DNA from: Octopus vulgaris
Taxonomy: Eukaryota
Assembly (NCBI GenBank): GCA_951406725.2
Contig: OX597826.1
Location: 18,848,001 to 18,912,000, forward strand
Direction: 5' to 3'
DNA: 64,000 bases
The position numbers were made by a program, and so were the translations under genes. The stretch's first letter is position 1; each line of letters starts with the position of its first letter. Under the pieces are notes generated by a model. The model was given only the letters and a program-made list of their open reading frames with translations. It did not search any database and was not told the origin of the DNA. Of this stretch, positions 54,531 through 64,000 are shown one piece after another.

Positions 54531-55690
54531 AGTAAATGCACCCATCCTTAGGAGGGTTTAAAGTGCTTTGGTAGTATTTTTTTTTTATCAAATAATTGAA
54601 CTAGTGAGAAGGTTTATGGTAATATATGTTTCTGATTAAACTAGGAACAGAAAACCAAATTGAAAGCTGGTTATTGTGGAGGTTGTTGCACTTTAATGAT
54701 CATAGAACATATAAGTTTGCAACCAATGTAAAGTAGAGCTACTGAATTGTAGATTACGGATAATGACTACAAAATATAGTTGTTTAACATGAAAGTGGAA
54801 TTTCTTGTTAGAAACAGCCACATAAATGGTGTAACGAAATTGAAGGAAGACGTTGATACTTCCCCTCTACAAGTTTATTTTATTCAACAGCAAAGGGAAC
54901 TATTTTTTCGAAGAGAAGTATGACTGATACGTTCGAAAATGACAATATAATACCTACTTGAAAAAGCAGAGTTAAAGGAATGTATTTGCTATGTGCTTAC
55001 AGTGTACGACCACTCTGGAATTGACTTCAGGTAACGAAAAATGAAGACAAGAAGAGTTTGATTTCGGTTCACGAACACTGCTTTGAATCTTTTGCAATTC
55101 GCAGTGAAAAGATGCCGCGTTTGAAATATCATAATGGATGGGTAAATAAGCATCCTTAAAGTGAAACAATGCATTGGTAGGGAAACAAGAGTATCAACAA
55201 ATAGAAGAGAGAGAAGGGAACATCACCTTTCAAGTAACTCAGAATAGGTAAAGGTAAGTTTGTTCAAGTTTAATGCAGTTTAAATATGGAGATTGTATGG
55301 TATTGGATATTCATCATGTACAGTGTTCGTAGACAATATTCTCTAACCAAGTAACAATGAACAATGACAACATATAAATAGATAATAAATCAAAAAATGT
55401 GAAAGCCACTAAAAAAATTCTCTAATGCCAATATACGACCATAAAGATTTAAAAAGTATGGAAGAACCTAAATACAAAAACCTATGTACATAGAACGAGT
55501 TAGAGAAAAAACCTTATAAACAACCGTTTTTTCCGGTTTGTCCATTTGCATGGGAACTCTGAGTAAAATGCTATAGTGCATGACCATTCTTGGGACATCT
55601 ATGTGTAAAGTTTGGTGAAAATCGGTTGTCATTTGTGGAAATGTATGTGTTAGTCAATATACACACACTCACTGTGATTTTTATATACTA
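54529..55690 (-). mobile_element. Non-autonomous Helitron-like element, about 1.16 kb
   Basis: Minus-strand 3' end has hairpin ccctcctaaggatggg, 8 nt, then CTAG. AT-rich 5' end tatataaaaatcacagtgagtgtgtgt lacks a clean TC. Confidence 0.65.
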
Positions 55691-55714
55691 TATATATGTG
55701 TATATATATATATA

Positions 55715-56018
55715 CTAACAGTATCGCCCGGCGTTGTTCGGGTTTGTAAGGGAAATAACTATATAAGCATTTTTAGAGAGTTACTTCCCTTATATGAACC
55801 GAGCAAAAAATGCATTAAAAATGCGGAAAAATTATGGTAATTTTTTTTAAAATCGTAGACTCATCGTAGACGCGCGCTAATACCCAGGAGGGCTCGATAT
55901 GAATCACGACTATAAGATACCCACTTTTGGTTAACCTGCACCGCAAAATGTGGGAGTAGTTAGGAATCTAAATCGGAGTAGACAGACACACACACAACTT
56001 CAGTTTTATATATAAAGA
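55715..56018 (-). mobile_element. Non-autonomous Helitron, about 300 bp
   Basis: Minus strand starts TCtttatatataaaa. 3' hairpin cccgaacaacgccggg followed by gttag (CTAG variant). Inserted between A and T. Confidence 0.75.
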
Positions 56019-56050
56019 TATATATATATACATACATATATATAAATATA

Positions 56051-56126
<76 letters not shown>

Positions 56127-56342
56127 AACTTTGATTAGAGGTTGTGTTAACCCTATAAAGGGATGCTTTCATCCAGAGAATTATTGGTTTAATACCTAGT
56201 ATTTGGGGGGAATTAATTTCCTTCAAGTAATAGGTACATATAAAAACATATGGTTTATATTCATATAAAAGAGGAAACAGAAAATGACGATTGGGAAGTT
56301 GATAACTGTTTGTTATTAACAACAAATCACAAATCGATCATC

Positions 56343-56428
56343 ATTCCTTACAGCTGTTTCAATCAATACTCAGTGAATCTAACTAAATATTAAAATCAGA
56401 CCTGAGCATGACATCTTCAGAGGGAAAA
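56343..56428 (-). ncRNA. Candidate type-I hammerhead ribozyme with long stem II
   Basis: ttccct-CTGAAGA-t-gtcatgctcag...ctgagtattgat-t-GAAA-cagctg-TA-aggaa. Core intact, palindromic stem III, short stem I. Confidence 0.6.
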
Positions 56429-56616
56429 AATATACTCTTGGATGTTTTATATGTGTTTATGGATTAATTATAGAAGACTCGTGAATTTAATATTTAATTA
56501 ATTCACTGAGTATTAATTGAAACAGCTATAACGGATGATGACTGATTTGTTGTTAATAATAAACAATCATTAGCTTCCCAATCTCTATTTTCTTTTTCTT
56601 CTTTTATATGAATGTA

Positions 56617-56672
<56 letters not shown>

Positions 56673-56791
56673 ATATATACATATACACATATATATGTGT
56701 GTATATGTATATATATATATGTATGTGTAAATATATATATGTATATATATACATATATATATATGTATACATATATATACATGTATATGTG

Positions 56792-56850
<59 letters not shown>

Positions 56851-56968
56851 TACATATGCACATATATAAACATACATATTTGCGTGCATGCGTGTGAATC
56901 ATTTTATCATCTGAATTTGTTACCGATATAAAAAGCTGGTTTTTAGCCTAAAAACAAGTAATGCGCGC

Positions 56969-57075
<107 letters not shown>

Positions 57076-57801
57076 TGTTCTGCAGGTTTGTCTGACGTTT
57101 AAATAACTAAATTGCTTTATCAAATGGTTAGATGCTGACTCGATAACAAAGACAAGTGTTGATGTTGACAACATCGGTCTAGTTAAAAGATAGTTTTTAA
57201 AAAAAAAGAGCAAGTAGGAGGTTAGGAGACAGCGAATGTGAGACTGTTTTATCGAGTGAACATGGAGGCTGCCAGTCGCTGTATGTAGACATACTGTGTA
57301 GATGTTTATCATGTGTGTGTGTGTGTAAGTAAGTGCGTGAATATATGTATTTACTATGTACATGTGTGTGTTTGTGTTTGCGTGTATGTATGTATATATG
57401 AACTATGTATTTAGATTGATAGATAAATAGATCCACCTATTCATTGCTAAAGTATGAATACACAGACTCGCAAACAATCCATTTTATCAATCTACGCATC
57501 CGTCTTAAGCTAGTAAGTCCTAACGAGTTGAGAAAGTTACGTAATATTCCTTACGGTATAAGACGAAACAAGAACAAAATAAGTAAAAACAAGATAAGCT
57601 AAAAAAGAAAGAAAAAACAAAGAAAAAGTACAGTTAAATATTTGTTGGTAATCCTATTGCAGCCCTCGTAACTTGGAAAATTTATGGTTGGTGGATACTT
57701 GAAAATAAATTGCACTTGGTAGTCTTAGTAGTCTTTTTAAGATTAGTTTTAAAATGACCAAGCTCTCGAGGCTCTAATTTTTGCATTGGAATACATATTG
57801 C

Positions 57802-58236
57802 GGATCTTTACCTTTTGACCGACAGATTTAAAAAATGATTTTTTTTTTTGTAACTGAATTTGTTACCTATAGAAAAAGCTGGTTTCTAGCCTAAAAACAA
57901 GTAGTGTGTGTGTGTGTGTGTAGAATGTGTCATATAAAACATTTTTTACTCCTAGCATTTTTGAGAAAAACTTATATTTACGAAGTAATTTCACATTAAA
58001 GTAGTCCTATTTCGGTAACTTCAACTTTTATTCCGCTGAATACACGTCATTGATTGGTTGAAATTACCGAAATAGGGCTACTTTAACGTGAAATTACTTC
58101 GTAAATATAAGTTTTTCTCAAAAATGCTAAGAGTAAAAAATGTTTTATATGACACATTCTACCAGTGTCCGAAGTTTGAAAGTGTTTAGTTACAAAAAAT
58201 TATTTTTTAAATCTGTCGGTCAAAAGGTAAATATCC
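57802..58236. mobile_element. Foldback MITE, Merlin-like (GG..CC ends, 8-bp TSD)
   Basis: TIRs ggatctttaccttttgaccgacagattt and aaatctgtcggtcaaaaggtaaatatcc. Perfect TSD catattgc at 57794-57801 and 58237-58244. Confidence 0.88.
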
Positions 58237-58543
58237 CATATTGCTGTAAGGTTTCTAAAATAGTCTCCACATCGGTGGTTCTGTGCGACTTGTACGTATT
58301 GAGTCCCCGTGTGGAAGTTCAACGTACAAGAATTAACAGCCTAAGCCCACTTAAATCATTCCTAACATTTTGAAAAAAAATGATACGACCCCATATTGTG
58401 AGGAAAGACTATGAAAACGGTCCCAAAAGCCCTTGAAAATAGGTAATTTTATTAAGGATCAACATAGAGTATGAAGAGGAATTAGTTTGACAGACAAGAC
58501 ACGTTCACCTATCGGAATAATTGACGAAATCAAGTAATATATA

Positions 58544-58591
<48 letters not shown>

Positions 58592-61414
58592 GTGTGTTGT
58601 GTATGTATGTGTGTTGCGTGAGTATGTATGTGTGCGCGCGTGTGTATGTAGCATTCATACACACACATATACACAATGTACATGTACCACCACTACGTGA
58701 CCGAACAATCAATCAGACAGGTTGTCTGCTCAGTTCTCATTAATTAAAACCCAAACTGGGGAGATTCTAAAGCCCATGTTTCCTAGTTGGCTTTGGCATA
58801 GAACTCTTTGGAAGTTTTATAGAATTTCACCTCACAAATATCGTAAACAAATTACTCAGACCTCTAAATATACCTCCTGCCGATCATAGACAATTTTTGG
58901 GTTATTTCAATGTCTGTTGCTAAAACATAAATGATACCATCGTTAGCCCTGTATCAGGAATATTTAGCAATCAGATCACTTAATCTGATGTTGTGATTCG
59001 CTAGAATATTACGTTAGAAAAAAGTCTGACCAATCAAGACTTCATATGGAACCAGCTCCAACACCAATTTCATCTTTGATGTACTTCTTCTGAGCCAGAG
59101 CACCACTATATATTTAACGCAGCCGACCCCACTAAGAGCAGACGGTGGACGGCAGCTGATCCAAGCTCTGGATCAACACAAAAGCAATGAACAGATGGCG
59201 AACGAGAGACATCAGAAGACCAACAGCTAACCACGATCAACGAAGGTGAGAGTAACACGAGAGAGAACCAGCTAACATTTTGACTGCTGCTACAATCACA
59301 CCAATCCAAGAACAATAATCTTCAAACTCTCTCGGTGTTTTGTCGCTCATAGAAACGACAACACTTTTTTTTTTTGTTTACGAAATGAATAAATATCTTT
59401 TTTTTTAATTCAAAACCTCAAGCAGATATCAGTGTTCTTCGTAACACTCCAAATACCAAAATATATCATTTTCCTTCCTTACATGTACATTGTATCAGTA
59501 TCATTTACTGATTTAACAATCCTCAGCAAAGTAAAGTTGGCCAGAAGAGTACTAACTGAAAAGAGACAAATCTTCTTGGAGATTTTAAAACCGATATGGT
59601 GAAATCTTAAGGCAAGTTAGCTGTGAATTCTAGCAAGTCAAGCTATCCTCGTCATATTCATCACTAAATTAGAGCTGATCTGGAGCTACGTAACACCAGC
59701 ATCCTCACACATTGCTTATCTGCACTGCTTCCCTGAACAGAGACTTCAAAAACATATCAATCTTATTGCTATCAACATCAGTGTATATACCAAGGCTCCC
59801 ACTCATTCTTTCCAACCTTCGACAACAGGCAATAAAAACCACCAAAGGTACTGTAAAGCATAAAATTAGTAAACCTAAGACGCTCAAATGATCTTTCCGG
59901 GCAGTCCCACAAGCATTACAAAGCCATAGATCATATACCCCCAACAGTTTCTGACAAGGTAATGGAGTTCAACTAGTACATTGGTCGTGGTGAGGTGAAG
60001 AGCCAAGGAAAGGTCTGTGGTTGTCTACAGTCACAGCCTTCGTGAAGTTTCAGAGGATCCCCCTCCCGAGACCCGAAAGCAGACTTTCCCCACCAAATTT
60101 CCATGGAAGCTCCAGTTATTGACCTACAAAACTCAAGAACCACAATAAAATATTTGATCTAGGAGAAAAGCCATCCAGCTAATTGGCAAAAACTTACTGG
60201 CCAACACTATTCTTGTCCCTAGTAGCATTGTCTTCTAAATCTGTTAATTCTACAATTACTATAACCTACTATAACAAAAATGAGTAATTACATACGACGT
60301 GAGATGAAATGAACTGGTAAGCAACGATTTGTTCTCCGTTATAAAATATAGTGACTGCCATAAATGAAATAAAATAACAGGTTACAAGAAAGACGTGTGA
60401 GAGAACTTCGTGGTTAGGCTGGACTGTTGATCTTGCAGACATGGTTGACGTTCTGTTTGGTGGTGTGTAGAGGCAGCCGTTGGTCTGTTGGTCGTGTGGT
60501 CTTCGTACGGCAACGATGTAGAAAGGCGTCTGGGGGAGAAGATGGAAGCGGAGACTGGCTGGTGTCAGATAGATCGTTGTCAAAGACGAGTTGCGTGTGG
60601 TCAATGGCGCGTGCCAAAGACCTAGAGCAGGCGAAAACTGTCGTTCTTACAGAGATCAGTAGGCTCCCAGGAGCTGGTGATTATTTTCACTCGTAAGGAA
60701 AAATGAAGTGCTGCACCACCATGATTGAACGGCTGAAAACCGACCTATAATAAAAACAATTTCAGCGAATCACAAGGTCATGTGATGTGATGGAACGAAA
60801 AGGGCTTGTGCGGCCGATATCCAGGTATTAAAGCCTAATCAACCCAAAATGAAAACATCTCACACATAATGACAGTGTAAATCACTTCTGCTACACTTCA
60901 TTCACCAGAACTGGTTAACTACACAAATTCACAGAGGTTTATAAAAACAGAGTTTCGAAAACTGACAAGACCACATGATTCTTTGAAATGTTTTTAGAAA
61001 CAATTGATGGTTGCGAGTTTCTCAGAGAAAATTAACGTCGTTTTATAAAGCTTCACTTCAAACAAGGGTTGATATTCTTGTGTTGTCAAAAATTGAAAAT
61101 ATTTGTTCAAATATTTTGAATTACCTAACGGCCGAATAGTCTTATGAACTCAATAATCCATGCTTTAAAATATATAAAAGATTTCCTTCAGATTGCGTGA
61201 ATAATGATTTCATTCCTTTTACTCTTATATGTACAATAAAGAGAGAAAGAAATGAGCGAACACTGATATCCTTACACCATAACGTTTCGACGACATCAAA
61301 TAGTTTTGCAACGTCAAAGCGCGTCTTCAACATTTATTTAGCTCAGGCAAAATTGTCGAACTGTTTTTTTGTTTTGTTTTAGTTCAACAAAATTTATATA
61401 TATATATATATATA

Positions 61415-61791
61415 CCCTCAGTCATTTGAGTGTGGCCACGCTGGAGTACCGCCTTTTAGTTGAAGAAATCGACCGCTGGACTGTTGGACTTATTCTTTCT
61501 AAGCCTGGTGCTTATTTTATCGATATCGTAACCGCTAGGGATGCTAACACACCAGCATCGATTTCTAAGTGATGATGGGGGGGGGGTGGACAAACACAGA
61601 CACAAATACACACACACACATATATATAGGGCAGACTTCTTTCAATTTCCGTCAACCAAATCTGCTGACATGGCTTTGGTTGTCCCAAGGCTACAGTAGA
61701 AGACACTTGCTGAAGGTGCCACACAGTGGGAGTGAACCCGAAGCCATGTGATTGGAAAGCAAGCTTCTTAGTACACAGTCACGCCCGCGCC
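61415..61791 (-). mobile_element. SINE family A
   Basis: Reverse complement collinear with the copy at 2047. Confidence 0.85.
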
Positions 61792-61796
61792 TATAT

Positions 61797-62019
61797 GGCG
61801 AGCTGGCAGAAACGTTAGCGCACTGGGCGAAATGCTTAGCGGTATTTCGTCTGTCGTTACGTTCTGAGTTCAAATTCCGCCGAGGTTGACTTTGCCTTTC
61901 ATCCTTTCGGGGTCGATAAATTAAGTACCAGTTACGCACTGGGGTCGATGTAATCGACTTAATCCCTTTGTCTGTCCTTGTTTGTCCCCTCTGTGTTTAG
62001 CCCCTTGTGGGCAGTAATG

Positions 62020-62023
<4 letters not shown>
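61797..62023 (+). mobile_element. SINE family B, young full-length copy
   Basis: ggcgagctggcagaaacg head, B box gttcaaattcc, Nin-type core. Near-identical to the reverse complement of 2451-2678. Confidence 0.92.
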
Positions 62024-62074
<51 letters not shown>

Positions 62075-62090
62075 CATATATATATATATG

Positions 62091-62148
<58 letters not shown>

Positions 62149-62178
62149 CATATATATATATATGTATATATATATATG

Positions 62179-62227
<49 letters not shown>

Positions 62228-62271
62228 AAACAAGTAAAAAATAGAAAATGCTAAAATAATTTTATAGTGAA

Positions 62272-62319
62272 CATTTCAGTACCGGTTTCGGTCATTTTGA
62301 GACCTTTTCAACTGTAACG
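62272..62319 (-). ncRNA. Candidate minimal type-I hammerhead ribozyme, U3-A8 core variant
   Basis: cgttacag-TTGAAAA-ggtc-tcaaaat-gacc-GAAA-ccgg-TA-ctgaaatg. Stem I 7 of 8 pairs, stem II 4 bp, palindromic accggt stem III. Confidence 0.7.
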
Positions 62320-62646
62320 ATTAAATAATTAAATTTAGAAAAATTAGAAGAAAAGTTTTTTTAAAAGAATATTTCTATAGTAGTGTTCAGATTTAAGTGG
62401 CATTCTGCCTTTCTCTGACTCCCTTGTTTGCACTTGTGTGTTCGAGGTAGTTGTGAGTTCTTGGTAGGGTAGTAGAGGGAAGGCTGGTGAGGAAAGGGGG
62501 TGGGAGAATCTGGGAGTGCCCTGATGGTCGTATTTTGAATGGTCAGTGGCGGCTGGCAGTCTCAGTTCAATTCAGGATTGTTTATAGAATTAGCGTAGGT
62601 GTTATACTAAAAAACATTAGTGACAAACTTAAGGGGTAGGGGGTGG

Positions 62647-63042
62647 AGAAGAAGAAGAAGAAGAAGAAGAAGAAGAAGAAGAAGAAGGAGAAGGAGAAGA
62701 TGATGGTGATGGTGGTGATGATTATGACGACGATGATGATGATAACGATGATGATGAAGAAGAAGAAGAAGAAGAAGAAGAAGAAGAAGAAGAAGAAGAA
62801 GGAGGAGAAGGAGAAGATGGTGGTGATGATGGTGGTGATGATGATGACGCCGATGATGATGATAACGATGATGATGAAGAAGAAGAAGAAGAAGAAGAAG
62901 AAGAAGAAGAAGAAGAAGAAGAAGAAGAAGAAGGAGGAGAAGGAGAAGATGGTGGTGATGATGGTGGTGATGATGATGACGCCGATGATGATGATAACGA
63001 TGATGATGAAGAAGAAGAAGAAAAAAAAAAAAAAAAAAAAAA
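62647..63042. repeat. Higher-order triplet repeat: three units of about 110-130 bp, (GAA)n-gga..-(GAT/GGT)n
   Basis: Marker gacg(a/c)cgatgatgatgataacgatg recurs three times. Confidence 0.9.
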
Positions 63043-63472
63043 CAGAGAAGGGAGAATATGAATGGGTGTAAATATAGCTATGAAGGGGCTGATTAGTAAT
63101 GGATTCTATGGAGTGTAGTATTTGTGTGTGTATATATATTTTTTTCTTTTATTCTAAAGTTGAGGTATATTAATTGTTTGTCGTAGACCCGTTAAGAAGT
63201 GGCTTGTATTTTGTAATAAAGAGATTTTCTTTACTTATTCTTTGTCTCGAGGTTGTATCGTCCCTAAATTGGTAGAGGGGGAAAATTCTGAAGTTTGGTG
63301 TTTTTTTGTTGGCGCAAGTATCTATGTGTTGGCTAAAAGCTATTTTTCTGTTTTGGGGAATTTTTATCTGGGATCTGTGCAGGGCCATTCGTTTACGCAA
63401 ACCATATATATATATATATATATATATACATACATATATATATATACATACATATATATATATATGTATGTA

Positions 63473-63524
<52 letters not shown>

Positions 63525-63847
63525 CATATATATATATACATATATATATATATGTATGTATATATATACATATATATATATATATATGTATGTATGTATA
63601 TATAGAATATAAGGATGAAAATCACGTTAATGATTTTTATCAGATAGAGGAATGGTAAGAAGAGAGATGTTTCACTGGCAGTTTGAAGTATGTGTGTGCG
63701 TGGGGTTCTGTGTGCATGTATGTGTGTGTATGTATGTGCATGTATATGCGTTGTGCGCATATATATATATACATATATATATAATTATAATTAAGGGTTA
63801 ATTGCAACAAGTTGCTCAAAACCACGTACCGAAAATATTAGAAATAG

Positions 63848-64000
63848 CAGCCAAAATTGACCACTATTTCCTCTACTAATAGTCTCCACAAAGGCTGGGA
63901 TTTCGTTATTTTCTTCCTTTTTTGCCATATACCGGTTACAAATTCTGTTTGTTTGTGGAGACTTTTTATTAGTAGAGGAAATAGTGATCAATTTTGGCTG
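63848..64000. repeat. Inverted repeat running to the window edge
   Basis: cagccaaaattgaccactatttcctctactaata-gtctccacaaa is mirrored at 63952-64000. Confidence 0.85.

Larger units (their letters stand above)
62222..63405 (-). mobile_element. Penelope/Poseidon-type 3' fragment: GIY-YIG C-terminus (63170-63405) and terminus with hammerhead
   Basis: [55 protein letters not shown]. Bounded by (TA)n on both sides. Confidence 0.75.

Noticed and set aside
58715-58925. Short open frames (FLVGFGIELFG..QFLGYF) as an RT fragment
   Set aside because: No diagnostic catalytic motif, and too short to assign.
59690-59944. Copia RNase H or RLE-LINE C-terminus (GSLGIY..IDMFLKSLFREAVQ)
   Set aside because: The resemblance is weak and ambiguous between two families, with no supporting upstream motifs.

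Overview
AT-rich, microsatellite-saturated eukaryotic DNA with no recognisable intact host protein-coding gene. The SINE families and (TA)n/(CA)n/(GATA)n density are consistent with an octopus (coleoid cephalopod) genome; that assignment is an inference. Almost all long ORFs in the track are microsatellite artefacts ([12 protein letters not shown]). The real coding remnants are decayed transposons: a near-complete Neptune-type Penelope element (RT + GIY-YIG, 6.6-8.6 kb) and further Penelope fragments, RTE, R4/Dong-type (RT and restriction-like endonuclease), L1/Tx1 and Jockey/I-type LINEs, and Tc1/mariner transposases. Non-coding elements include three tRNA-derived SINE families, non-autonomous Helitrons, and hAT, piggyBac and Merlin-like MITEs. 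The most interesting signal is a dispersed set of type-I hammerhead ribozyme (HHR) motifs in Penelope-derived termini, mostly beside (TA)n tracts. Two have plausible catalytic cores, one of them with a compensatory U3-A8 core pair, and some sit in inverted-repeat cassettes. Also notable are a roughly 670-bp foldback carrying TTAGGG repeats and an apparent CpG-content transition near 53 kb. All alignments and folds were done by eye, and element boundaries are approximate unless a TSD is quoted.
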